Assembly: GCA_977017645.1 (NCBI GenBank)
Contig: OZ360224.1
Coordinates: 76,632,001-76,696,000 of the forward strand
DNA length: 64,000 nucleotides
Source of the DNA: Torpedo marmorata
Taxonomy: Eukaryota
Reading direction: 5' to 3'
Within the stretch, counting starts at the first letter, position 1, and each line of letters opens with the position of its first letter. This document shows positions 51,250 through 63,570 of the stretch, one piece after another. The notes beneath the pieces are model-generated. The model searched no databases. It had not been told where the DNA came from and worked only from the letters and a program-made list of their open reading frames with translations. A program made the translations under genes and the position numbers.

Positions 51250-51893
51250 TTCTATACCTTAGCACATTTCATGCAAATATTCTTCCACAGAGCTTTGCCT
51301 TAGAGACTGCTGCAAATATACACCAGTTGATTCCAGGGATATGTGGATTATTTTATGAGGAGAAATTGAGTAGCTTAGTAAAATGAGAGGGATTCTCATT
51401 GAAATCATCAGATCTGATGGCTTTGTAAAGTGAGGATATTTTCACTGGTAGAGGAGCCAAAAACTGGGGGGCATCATCTTTGGATGAAGTGTTGCCTTTT
51501 TAATTGGAAAGGGGAATTACATTTTCATCTCTCAGAGAATCATTGGAATTCTCTAGATCAGAAAGATGTAAATTCTGTGTGATTAAGTATGCTTAAGATT
51601 TAGATACATTTTTGGATTACAGTAGTATCAAGGGTTATTGAGATTGGATAGGAAAAATTGTGTTGAGCCCAAAGATCAGATCAGCCGTCTTAATAAATGT
51701 GAGGGTCTGAATGGCCACTTCTTACTCCTGCCTCTTGTGTAAGCTTGGCTCACACGCCATGGCTCATTTCTATTCTGTTCCAGGGATACCAATTGAAACA
51801 TCTGATATTTTTGTTGTTGCAATTTTGTGAACTGTTGCTTCTAAATGCCTTAATTAAAACCATTAAACAATATTGAGTCCTGATTTGCCATTT

Positions 51894-52462
51894 AGAACCA
51901 TAGAACATTACAGCACAGAAACAGGCCCTTCGGCCCTTCTAGTCTGTGCCGAACTATTATTCAGCCTAGTTCCACTTACCTGCACCCAGTCCATAGCCCT
52001 CCATATCCATCCCATCCATGTACCTGTCCAGATTCTTCTTAAATGTTAAAATTGAGCCCGCTTTCACCACTTCAGCTAGCAGTACGTTCCACACTCCCCA
52101 CCATTCTCTGTGCGAAGAAGTTCCCCCTAATGTTCCCCCCTAAACTTTTTCCCTTTCATCCTTAACCCATGTCCTCTGGTTTGTATCTCACCTACCCTCA
52201 GTGGAAAATGCCTACCTTTGTCTATACCCCTCATAATTTTAAATACCTTTATCAAATCTCCCCTCATAATTTTAAATACCTTTATCAAATTTCCCCTCAT
52301 TCTTCTACGCTTCAGGGAATAAAGTCCTAATCTGTTTAACCTTTCCCTGTAACTCAGTTCATGAAGTCTGGGCAACATCCTAGTAAATCTTCTCTGCACT
52401 CTTTCAATCTTATCTTTCCTGTAGTTAGGTGACCATAACTGCACACAATACTCCAAATTTGA
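51894..52462 (-). mobile_element. CR1 3' fragment with an internal 33-bp tandem duplication
   Basis: NLEYCVQLWSPNY...MRGNLIKVFKI-MRGDLIKVFKI; tail tagaaccatagaac. Confidence 0.88.
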
Positions 52463-52677
52463 CATGGCTGTATCCAGACCTTTTTACTTTTTCATCTGTT
52501 TTGACTCTCTTCATTTTTTATAGTTTCCTTCCCAGTTTAGCTAACCAAATCCCAGGGGTGCAATTCTCGAAGCACTAGACTCTTGCTAGATTGAATGCAA
52601 CAGCAAACTGGTCAGGAAAGGGAATTAGAAATACTAATAGATTGGCATACTGAGCTAACACAAATTTAACTGCAGTA

Positions 52678-52817
52678 AATTGGATAGATACATGGATGGG
52701 AGAGGTCTGGAGGGTTATGGAATGGGAGCAGGTCAATGGGACTAGTGAAATAATGGTCGGCACAGACTAGAAGGGCCGAATGGCCTGTTTTCTGTGCTGT
52801 AGCGTTCTATGGTTCTA
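52678..52817 (+). mobile_element. Short CR1 3' tail
   Basis: ttggatagatacatggatggg...gggccgaatggcctgttttctgtgctgtagcgttctatggttcta. Confidence 0.8.
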
Positions 52818-53897
52818 AATAAAAGCACATTAAGGCACTGAATTTTATTTGTTGTCAACTAGAATTGGAGGGCAAGAAATAACAAGTATTACTCTGGGAC
52901 TTCTGAGGAAGCTTCAAGGTCAAACTGAGAGAGAAAATGGTAAAACATTTATTGCAGGTTGTTCAATGTGGTGAAATGTATAAAAACAATGTACATGCTG
53001 AAAATAAAGAGAAGTCAGATGGTATGTTCTTCACTCAATGAAAATTAGAATTGCAGAATACGGTATTCAGATTAACATCAAGACAGATGATATAAATTGT
53101 TTCAAAAAAACAATTACATAGGATTATGGAGAAAGAAGGGATTGAAACAAATGTCAAACAAGGGGAATTTTGGAGACGGAACTAGTTTATTGGGCTAAAT
53201 TGCTATTCCACGCTTTTACCTCTAAACAGATTCTAAACAGCGTCTGGAATATTTTCTAAAATAGCTGAACTCTGAAATACTAATTTACAAGCAGGTTAAT
53301 ATATGAACTATTTCATCAGAAAAATATCAGACAGCAACTAATCCTTGCCACATTTAGAGGTCCATAACGGAACTATTTAATGATGTCATGATGCTGAGTA
53401 AATGGAAAGTGCAGAGCAAATTAGAACATCAGTAATATCACAACATTGATTTTCCTTTGCAGACTTGGATAGAAAAGTAAAAAGGAGGGAAGGAAGCTTC
53501 ACAAACTATTGCATCAAAAACTATTGCAAGATTAAAGGAGTCCTTTCTATGATAAATTATGTTAAGAAGGAAAATTTGCCTACAGTGCCTTTCATTATAT
53601 GAGGTCATTCTGAAAAGCTTTCAATTCATTAAGAACTTTTGAAATGCAGACCCATTATCTGCAGGAGTTAGTGAAAGGTGAAAAGACAAATACAAAGTGA
53701 AACATAGCTTCATGAATATTGGTTAATTTACATAAATCAATTCAGATGTACACATCAGTTAACAATGATTCAGAAAATATAAAACCAGAACAGTAACAGA
53801 GAAGAAACCAAACAAAGAAAGTTAGATCACCAACAAGACACCTTTGTTCTATTAATGGAAGAATTCTTTCATATGTGATTCAAGGCTGAATTGACAA

Positions 53898-54455
53898 ATT
53901 AGATTAGATTAGATTAGATGCACTTTATTGTCATTGTACCAGTTCAAAACAAGCCAATGAGATACAACTAGCATCCAACCAGAAGTTAAAAAAATAGTGC
54001 TATATACATTACAATAAAACATGTGCAATAAAAACCAACAATAACCTAATCAACAACGACAACCTATTCAACAACAAACTATTATAAAAGTACTGATATT
54101 ACACTGTGAGTGCAGTACCACTCAACGCTGTGATTCAGTGTTCATCAGGCTCACAGCCTCATGAAAGAAACTCTTCTTCAGCCTGCTGGTACGCGAGCGA
54201 AGGCTCCTGTAGCGTCTGCCCGATGGGAGAAGAGTAAAAAGTCCGTGGTTAGGGTGAGATGCATCCTTAATAATGTTCCTCGCTCTGCCCAGACACCGTT
54301 CTCTATAGATGTTCTCGATGGTGGGCAACTGCAAGCCAATAATCCGCTGGGCAGTTTTCACCACCCGCTGGAGTATTTTGCGGTCTTGTACTAGGCAGTT
54401 ACCATACCACGCCGAGATACCATATGTCAATACGCTCTCAATGGTACATCTATAG
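53898..54455 (-). mobile_element. Rex/Babar-type LINE 3' fragment with a (TCTAA)4 tail
   Basis: FYRCTIESVLTYGISAWYGNC...LLPSGRRYRSLRSRTSRLKKSFF; ttaga repeats at 53899-53918. Confidence 0.88.
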
Positions 54456-55390
54456 AAATGAGGTAAACACAATTCTTTTTCGACTTTTAGATGCTTCAGT
54501 TTCACTTAGTTCTTAACATCCATTATGTCCACTTTGCTCTTTAAAAAAACATCTTTTGTAAGCTTGTTAGGCTGGGGAATATGTACTTTAAGAGGAATGA
54601 GTTAACTCTGAAGCCCACTGAACATTAACTGTTTGGATCTAATGAAAATACTCTTCAGTATTTGAGTATATCCCTGGAAGAGTGAATTGCTGGACTAAAC
54701 ATTTATTTAATGGAAATACTAATATTTCAGTTGCTTTACGTGCATGATGTAAATAGTATATTCATTCAGAATGTATCAACTATCAAATGGTACAACCCCC
54801 CCATGATATTGCATTGTTGGCTGGAAATGCATTGTGTGCATCCCTTTTTTAATCTGGCACTCAAAAGCAAACCTGCCCCAACTCAAAGTAACAATTCTTG
54901 CAGGTACCACACAATCAAGAGAATCTATTTTACATTTGTAGTACAGTACCATATAATTTTTATTCTTATACACAGTACCTAAACGTAGATGAATAGTCTG
55001 CCCATCACAGTAGGCTCTCCATGCAGGCCATTTCTAACTCAAAGTTTATACATTCTTGGCATTTCAGAGGGAAGTGGAACTGAGGCAAGAAAATGTTTCT
55101 AGGTTGGCTATATATGATCACATGATGTGATGCTACAAGAAATCGGTCATTCTTCAGTTTCCACCATAGGCACAGTAATAAATTTAAAGGAGAGATAGAA
55201 AAGTGAATCTAGGTATCAGTGTGCATGGGAATTCTGGCACTGGAAATGAATCCACTGCAGAAGGCTTGCAGGCAACTTTGAAGCAGGGAAGGAATAAATC
55301 TAAACAAGTGCAGTGCCATAGAAATAGATTGAGATGAGAAGTTTGGTGCAGCTGGACATATGCAAGTCTCCAAAAATAAAAATATTCTAT

Positions 55391-55679
55391 TGTAGCGGCC
55401 CGCGAGCCGATCGGCGACCCGCCGCACAAAATGGCGGTCGAACTCGGCGATCGCGCCAGGGCCACATGGACTCAATGGCCTTTCTTGCAGCAGCTCCAGT
55501 CAACCGGCGGGAAAACCGAACAATCAGCGGCCGGCCCGTCGGTGACGTGATCTCCGCCGGAAGAGGCGGGTTTCTCCGGGCCTGCTGGCTCTATATAAGG
55601 CAGAGCCAGCGCCCTAATAAACCAGACTCGCTTGTACTCACCTCGTGTGTGTGTGATCCTTTCGACGCAGCGCGCTACA
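55391..55679 (+). repeat. Gypsy 5' LTR (289 bp) with a TATA box (about 55593) and AATAAA (about 55616)
   Basis: TGTAGCG...CGCTACA terminal inverted repeat; direct repeat of 59337-59645. Confidence 0.95.
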
Positions 55680-55680
55680 T

Positions 55681-55694
55681 TGGTGACCCCGACG
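55681..55694 (+). promoter_or_regulatory. Primer-binding site complementary to the tRNA-Trp 3' end
   Basis: TGGTGACCCCGACG equals the first 14 nt of the known tRNA-Trp PBS TGGTGACCCCGACGTGAT and starts 1 nt after the LTR. Confidence 0.85.
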
Positions 55695-58600
55695 GGTCTG
55701 AACGGCGTTTTTGGACCCAACGATGACAGACCAGGCAAGCATCCACGAGGTCGCCCTGAAGCTACCGACCTTCTGGACAACACAGCCACAGGTCAGGTTC
55801 GAGCAAGCCGAGGCTCAATTCCAGTCCGACAGATTTCCTTTGACGCCATGCGGTACTACTACGTGGTGAGCTCGCTGGATCAAGACGCAGCGGCCAGAAA
55901 GGGAAGTATGAGGCCATAAAAGAGCTGTTGATCCGCACCTTCGGGCTCTCGAAGCGCGAGCGCGCAGCCCGATTGTTGCACATGGACGGGTTGGGGGACA
56001 GGGCCCCATCCGTCCTCATGGGCGAGACGTTAGTGCTTGCCGACGGCCATAAACCTTGCCTGCTCTTCGAGCAGATATTCTTGGAGCTATTGCCGGAGGA
56101 TATCCGATTGCTGCTGGCTGACGAGGATTTCAGCGACCCAAGGAAGGTGGCAGCCTGGGCAGACATGCTCTGGAGATCGAAGAGGTACTCCGACGTCATG
56201 GTGGAGCACGTCGCCAAGCCCCGCATGCAGCGAGCGACAAGGCCGCCGGCCACACGCGACAGTCAAACGGACCTCGCGGGTGAGCAGTGCTGTTACTACC
56301 ATCAGCAATGGGGTGCGGAGGAAAACGCCACGGCCGGCCGTCGTTAATGGCTGCGGCGGTTGGCCAACGAGACAGCCTGCTCCACGTGTGGGATTCACTG
56401 TCAGGACGGTGGTTCTTGGTTGACACCGGAGCCGAAGTCAGCGACCTCCTGCCCTCGGCACACGACATCCGCAACAAGCGGCCAGGCCCATCGTTGAGAG
56501 CAGCAAACTGCTCCACCATAAGGACATTTGGCACGCGTACCGTGCCGCTCCATTTCGGCGACAGCCGATTCACCTGGACATTTACACTCGCCACAGTGGA
56601 ACAACCCTCCTGGGGGCAGATTTCCTCAGGGCACATTGCCTGCTGGTGAATCTCAAAGGGCGAAGGCTGGTCCACGCTAAAACTTTCCAGTCTTTCCCCC
56701 TGGGGAAAGCCGAGTTACCCGCCCCACACCTCCATTCCATCACCGCCGACTGCAACGAGTTCTCGCGAATCCTCACCAAATAACCATCCATCGCGGTACC
56801 ACAGTTCACCTCCGCCGGGCCCAAACATGGAGTGCAACACCACATCCTTACTGAGGGCCCTCCCCTTCACGCTAGGGCACGCTGCCTCCCCCCCGAAAAG
56901 CTGAGCTTAGCGAAAGAGGAGTTCAGGAAGATGGAGGAACTGGGGATCGTGCGCAGGTCCGACAGCCCCTGGGCATCCCCCCTACACATGGTGCCGAAAG
57001 CGGCAGGGGGGTGGAGACCGTGCGGGGACTACTGGCGCCTGAACGAGGAAACCACGCCAGACCAATACCCCATGCCCCACATACTGGACTTCACCGCAAA
57101 CTTACAGGGGGCACGGGTCTTCTCCAAGGTTGACCACATCAGAGGCTACCACCAGATCCCGGTCCACCCTGAGGACGTAGCTAAAACCGCCATCATAACC
57201 CACTTTGGTTTGTTTGAGTTCCTAAGGATGCCTTTCGGGCTAAAAAACGCAGCTCAAACGTTCCAGAGGTTGATGGACAGGGTGGGCCGGGACCTCGATG
57301 ACATACTGGTGGTTAGCCGCAATCGCGAAGAACATGCGGCGCACATACGGCAGCTGTGCTCCCGCCTCAGAGACTTCGGCCTGACCATCAACTCGGCCAA
57401 GTGCCAGTTCGGGCTAGAAACTATCGATTTCCTGGGCCACAGGATTAACAGACACGGGGCGACACCGCTACCTGAGTAGAGGCTGTCAGGCACTTCACCA
57501 AGCCACACACGGTGAGGGGCCTCCAGGAGTTCACCGGTATGATCAACTTTTACCACCGTTTCATACCGGCGGCAGCCCGCTATTCGCCTTGATGGCTGGC
57601 AAGAAGAAAGAGGTGGAGTGGGACAATGAAGCATCGGAAGCGTTCCAGAGGGCCAACATCACGCTTCTGGTGCACCCGCGCACAGACGCCCCAACCACCC
57701 TCACGACAGACGCCTCCAACACAGTGTTCGTGGGAGTACTTGAGCAACAGGCGGACGGGCAATGGCAGCCCTTAGCCTTCTTCAACAGGCATCTGCGGGC
57801 ACCCGAGCTCAAGTACAGTGCTTTCGACCGGGAACTGCTAGCCCTGTACCTAGCGGTACGACACTTCCGATACTTCCTAGAGGGCAGGCAGTTCACGATT
57901 TTCACCAATCACAAACCACTGACCTTCGCCTTCAACAAGGTGTCGGACCCGTGGTCGGCCAGGCAACAAAGGCACCTGTCCTATATATCCCAGTTTACCA
58001 CGGATATTCAGCATATCGCTGAAAAGACTAATGTGGTGGCTGACGCTTTATCACGCCCTACAATCCTGGCGATACAGGCACTGTCCCAAGGGGTCGACTT
58101 CACAGCGTTGGCCCAAGCACAGCTGCAGGACCCTGAGATCCCCACGTACAGAACGGCGGTGACAGGACTTAAACTGGAAGACATCGCCATCGAGCCCGGC
58201 AACTAGACGCTACTCTGCGACATGTCAACAGGTAAACCCCGCACCGTCATCTCTGCGGCATGGAGACGCCCAGCGTTCGACACGGTGCATAACCTGGCGC
58301 ACCCGTCCATCAGGACCACGGTCAGGATGGTAGCCAATAGGTTCGTATGGCACGGTCTCCGGAAACAAGTCAGCCAGTGGGCAAGAACCTGCACACACTG
58401 CCAGACGTCTAAGGTACAGATGCATGTCAAGGCGCCCCCCCCCAATCATTCGAGCCAGCACGGCGGTGGTTCAGCCATGTCCACATCGACATCGTGGGCC
58501 CTCTGCCGGTATCGAGAGGTGCGTGGTACCTACTGACAATGGTAGACTGCCTTACGAGGTGGCCGGAAGCGGTTCCGCTGGCAGAGACCTCAAAGGGGAC

Positions 58601-59336
58601 CTGTGCCAGAGCCCTCATCGACACATGGGTGGCTCGATTCGGAGTCCCGGAACACCTGACATCCGACAGGGGTGCGCAGTTCACTTCATGACTCTGGACA
58701 GCCATGGTTAACCTCTTGGGAACCCAGCTCCACCACACCACGGCTTACCACCCCCAGGCCAACGGGGTTCCACCGGCACCTGAAGGCAGCCCTGATGGCC
58801 CACCTCAAAGGACCACACTGGACCGATGAACTACCGTGGGTACTACTGGGAATCCGAACGGCACCCAAAGAGGACCTCGATACCTCGGCAGCGGAGTTGG
58901 TGTATGGCGCACCCCTGGTTATGCCCGGCGAGTTCCTGGCCGCCGCCAGAGACACAGACGCCACACCGGCGGAAACCCTCGAAAGGCTCTGAGAGCGGCT
59001 GGGGACACTGGCCCCATCACAACCCACACCGCACGGCCACCTGAAGACACATGTGCCCAAGGACCTACTCAACTGCAGGTTTGTTTTCATGCGACGAGGA
59101 GCACATCGGCCGCCGCTGCAACGACCTTACGAGGGGCCCTACAAGGTGATCCGGCACAACGGATCCACATGTGTACTGGACATCGGAGGCAAGGAAGAGA
59201 CATTCACAATAGACCGCCTTAAGCCAGCACACATCGACGCCAGCCAACTGGTCATCACACCAGCCCCACGGCGCAGAGGCAGGCCGCCGAAAGCACGGGA
59301 CACCGCCACGATCGCCGGTTCTGGAGGGGGTGGTCG

Positions 59337-59645
59337 TGTAGCGGCCCGTGAGCCGATCGGCGACCCACCGCACAAAATGGCAGTCGAACTCGGCAATTGC
59401 GCCAGGGCCACATGGACTAAATGGCCTTTCTTGCAGCAGCTCCAGTCGACAGGCGGGAAACGACGAGCACCGGCGGGAAAACGGACCAATCAGCGGCCAG
59501 CCCGTCAGTGACATCATCTCTGCCGGAAGAGGTGGGTTTCTCCGGGCCTGCTGGCCCTATATAAGGCAGAGCCAGAGCCCTAATAAACCAGACTCGCTTG
59601 TACTCACCTCGTGTGTGTGTGATCCTTTCGACGCAGCACGCTACA
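59337..59645 (+). repeat. Gypsy 3' LTR (309 bp), preceded by a polypurine tract
   Basis: GGAGGGGGTGG at 59323-59333; 20 bp longer than the 5' LTR. Confidence 0.95.
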
Positions 59646-61512
59646 CTATAAGATATAGGTTTTTAGTGAATTTCCCCAAGGAAGTCTTCAATTTGTGTCA
59701 TATTAATAACAAGATGTGAAGAGAGGTATGGATAGCAAGGTGGTGAGAAAGAGGTTAGAGATAGAGCAGAAGAGAGTCAATGGAATAGAAAGCAATAATG
59801 AAGAAACGACAATAACAAGCATGGAGTGAAGTGGGCAATACCAAAGTTGCTTTACTAGAAATTTAAACATCATTCCTGGGACTCAGAAGTACTCATAACA
59901 TTAGTGAAATAAACCACAAGTTAAAGGCATTTTATGAATTTATCATCTACTTAATTTCACGTCAATCTGTAATGACTGTTGACATTCCAAATTCTTTTTT
60001 ATAATAATAAAAATGCATAAAATAGAAAATACAACTTCAAACAAAATGAACTATATTTTTGTGAACTGTGGAATCTACAGTAGAATAATCTTGTGATCCA
60101 TGAAATCATTTGATGTCTTGCCAACAATGAAACTCCAATAATCAAGCACCCTTGGGACGTTGGTGGTACTGGACTGTCAGTTTTTTTTAGACTATTGGAG
60201 GTTATTCCTTCTAAATCTCCAACATACTTTTGATTCACTTTTCATAAGATTTCCACAATAATGTCATGCATTTCCCAGTGAATCCAGTGAGTTTAAAGAT
60301 AGAATGGGAAACTTAGTTTTGGAGAGAGTGAAGGAAAAATAAGGAAGAACAGGAAATGGGGCTTGATGAGCTTAAAGGGAGATTGGAAAACAATATCCAA
60401 TGAACCAGGTGCCAAACCATCTGGATTTCATATCTTTTTGAGATATAAAAAATATTTTGTTGGTTATAAGTAATAATTTTAATAAACTTCATTGTTCCCT
60501 TATTTTGCAATTACAATAAAGTTTGAACTTGGACAGTTTATGAACATGTTAATTACTGACTTACTTAGCTGATGTTATGAGCATATATTAACCAACAAAT
60601 AAATATTCTTTAAGCTCCAGTATGCTGCATTTAAATTTCTAGCAAATTAATAGAAGCAAATCTGTATTATCCATTTCACTCCTGACATGTTGTGTTTTTT
60701 TCTTCAATGCGACCCTTTTGTTCCCTTGACTCCCTCTGAGACCGGCTGGCTCATTGTAGCTCAGTTGCAGCCCTTCCTGAGCTCACAACCAGTCACCAAT
60801 GTAACCAATATATTTTAAACAAAATCATTTATAAATGTTCACAGGAATATTGGCATGAAAATTTAACATGTCAAATTCAGACAAGAAACAAATCAACATA
60901 CTAAACAAGCAAAGCACAGATACAGAACACAATTATTTGAGATTTTTTAAGAGCTCTCTAAGCATTAGTAAATATAATTTTGACATTAAAAAAGAATCCA
61001 GGAACTATAGAGTTTAGTCTAACATTCATATTGGAACAAAATGCTTGAAGGCTATACAAGATTCTATAAATAAAAATCTAAAAGGAGAACAGGTATCGGG
61101 GGAAAATCATCATGGGTTTGGAAGTAATAATTTTATCATTCAAACCTAAAGTTCTTCAAGGAGGTGGCTAAAAATAAAAAATAATAATTTAATGGCTTGC
61201 TTGGATGTTCAGCAAGCCTTATGATTTATGTAATTAATTTCAAATGACTTAGACTGGAAAGTGAAGGCACATTCATTCGGAGACATAACAGAGGCATATA
61301 GGTTTATTTCAAGCATAAAGCACATTGAAAACTTGTTGCCCAATATTTTTTGTTAAATATTCCATCAACTGAATCTGCAGATTACATGATTTAGAATCAA
61401 CTGACTGGCCAATGACACCTGGCAATAAAGAAGCAACACAACCTCCAAATGAAAATATATTAGAAATGTCATTATGCAGTAAATAATGTGCACACTAATA
61501 TTAACTGCATAC

Positions 61513-61607
61513 CTTTATGCCAGGACTCTCCATATTCTCCTCCTCCTCTGATATTAGCAATAGCCAAAACACCTCCAAGATGCCTCACAAAAATAAGCCT
61601 TGAAACA
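61513..61607 (-). CDS. PREP: Prolyl endopeptidase internal exon, 95 bp: (S)[31 protein letters not shown](G)
   Basis: Manual minus-strand translation matches the S9A motif [12 protein letters not shown]. Acceptor ttttacAG and donor GTatgc. Phase 2 in, phase 1 out, compatible with the next exon. Not in the ORF track. Confidence 0.95.
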
Positions 61608-61769
61608 CTGTAAAAGTTAAAAAGATGTCTTAATTTCTATAATTATTTGTTGTCTTGTTTTAAAAAATGTTTAACATTTTCTTTTTGTATGTTTAAATTT
61701 GTGAAAAAGAACAAAAGGGAATATAGATAAAAGCTTAATTTAAGCAACTTTAATCCTCATAGATTGGAC

Positions 61770-62750
61770 AAATCAAACTGCAAAATTATAGTCTTGAGGA
61801 CAAGTTCACAGAATGAATTTGAGACAATTTCACATGACAATGGGGGCATGAGGATTTGCTGTGTATTCTGCTTCACAGAAACATGGCTCACGCCAAACTC
61901 TTTGGAATCAGGCCTTCATTCTGAAGAGTTCTCCCAACATTGCATGGACCAGACGATGTCCTTGGGTAAAGGAAAGGGCAACGGTGTCTGCTTCATGGTT
62001 AACTTTCGTGTGCTCAAATGTGGCAGTCCCAGTGCTGCTCCCCTCAACTGAAACGTCTAGTACTGAAGTGCCAACCTTTCTACCACCTGAGGGAATTCAC
62101 CTACTTTGTCCTTACTGCATCCCTCTACATCCCTCCTTAGACAGATGTTACGATAGCACACACCGCGATCAACATCATATGGCGTTTCCCAATGTCTTAT
62201 CAGTCATCACCGGAGAGTTCAACCAGGCCAACTTCGATTCATTTATTGTCATGTAATAAAACAGATGTAATATTACACAAAATTTGCTTTAGTCTGCCTT
62301 AAGGCAAACTGATTTGCCATCAGCAGAAATTGCTGGGCACCTCTTAGTCAGAGAAAGAGAAGCAAAAGAGAGTCCCTCCAGAGTCACTGAGTGTCCTTGG
62401 ATTCGCCTCCAGAGCTCCCGCAGCCACACAGACTTCAGTCCAACCCATCAGCAACCTGAGCTCTAGATCCAAACTTTCGGCACGATCAGGAAGCCTTCAG
62501 CACCCTCTGCACACCGGTTCCGATACCTGAGACCCCTTTAGCCAGTCTCGAGCCAGTTTTCTGCAGTCCACAGCCTGGTGCTCCCAAACTACCGCCAGCA
62601 TGTCTCATGCAACACCATGGAATCCAACACTTTTGACCACTCCTGCACCACTACCAAGGATGCTGGCCGCTCTATTCCATGTCCGCACTCTGGAAAGTCG
62701 GACCACCCAGCTGTGCTACTCCTTCCTGCATTCAGATAGAAGCTGAAGAG
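61770..62750 (+). mobile_element. Decayed Rex/Babar-type endonuclease fragment, split by a non-autonomous element
   Basis: CCVFCFTETWL, GKGKGNGVCFMVN, ITGEFNQANF, and later a GKSDH-type motif at about 62692. Confidence 0.65.
62236..62580 (-). mobile_element. Non-autonomous retroelement related to 32312-32904
   Basis: gattcatttattgtcatgtaata...attacacaaaatt is the reverse complement of the tail at 32845-32904. Confidence 0.65.
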
Positions 62751-62754
62751 CACA

Positions 62755-63570
62755 GGCAGAGAGGGGAGGAGAGGGGAAGATGTGTCTGGTAGTGGGATCC
62801 TGTTGTAAGTGCCGGAAATTTCGGAGGATAAGATAGGCGGCAGGCAGCAGGCGTCAATGCTGGAGTCGGCGGTCGAAGCGTCAGGAGCTCCCGTGGACGG
62901 GGCCAGGGTTGGAGTTTGCAGCCACCAGTCGGGAGCTCAGGTGAGTCAGCGGCCGGGGCCAGGGTTCCAGTCGGCCACCCTCTTCCACCACCCTCTTCCG
63001 CCTGGCAGAACTTGTCCTCACTCTAAACAACTTCTCCTTTAACTCATCTCTCTTCGTCCAAATCAAAGGAGCAGCCATGGGTACCCGCATGGGTCCCAGC
63101 TATGCCTGCCTGTTTGTGGGCTTTGTGGAGCAATCCATGCTGCAAGCCTACACAGGCAAGGCCCCTCAATTCTTCCTCCGTGATGAGCTTGTCAACTTCA
63201 TTCACGTCGCAGCCAACTTCCACGCCGATCTCAAACTCACCTGGTCCATCTCCGACAACACTCTCCCCTTTCTGGATCTCTCTGTCTCCATCTCGGGAGA
63301 CAAGCGTTCCACCGATATATATTATAAACCCACTAACTCCTACAACTACCTCGACTACACTTCCTCACACCCTGACCCCTGCAAGGATTCTATTCCCTTC
63401 TCTCAATTTCTCCATCTCTGCCGCATCTGTTCCCAAGATGAGGTCTTCCAGTCCAGATCTTCTGAAATGTCTGCCTTCTTCCACAAACATGGCTTCCCCT
63501 CCTCCACCATCAACTCAGCCCTCACCCACATCTCCTCCATTTCTCGCTCATCTGCCCTGGCCCCCTCTGC
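62755..63570 (+). mobile_element. Penelope-like RT fragment (about 62985-63570) preceded by an inverted Penelope segment (62755-62830)
   Basis: GAAMGTRMGPSYACLFVG, LPFLDLSV, TDIYYKPT..YLDYTSSHP, SIPFSQF..LCRICS. 62755-62822 matches 15403-15469 in the same (minus) orientation. The YIDD motif is deleted. Confidence 0.88.

Larger units (their letters stand above)
55391..59645 (+). mobile_element. Complete but disrupted Ty3/Gypsy LTR retrotransposon (gag-PR-RT-RH-IN), antisense to PREP
   Basis: TG...CA LTRs and 4-bp TSD CTAT. Gag from ATG 55723 (VALKLPTFW). Protease FLVDTGAE; RT SPWASPLHMVPK and MPFGLKNA; RNase H TTDAS and YSAFDRELLA; integrase HxxxH..CxxC and SDRGAQF. Contains stops, frameshifts and a deletion at the YLDD motif. 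Confidence 0.96.

Noticed and set aside
55184-59719. Dense overlapping ORFs on both strands
   Set aside because: GC-rich Gypsy sequence has few stop codons; only the gag-pol frame fragments carry recognisable motifs.
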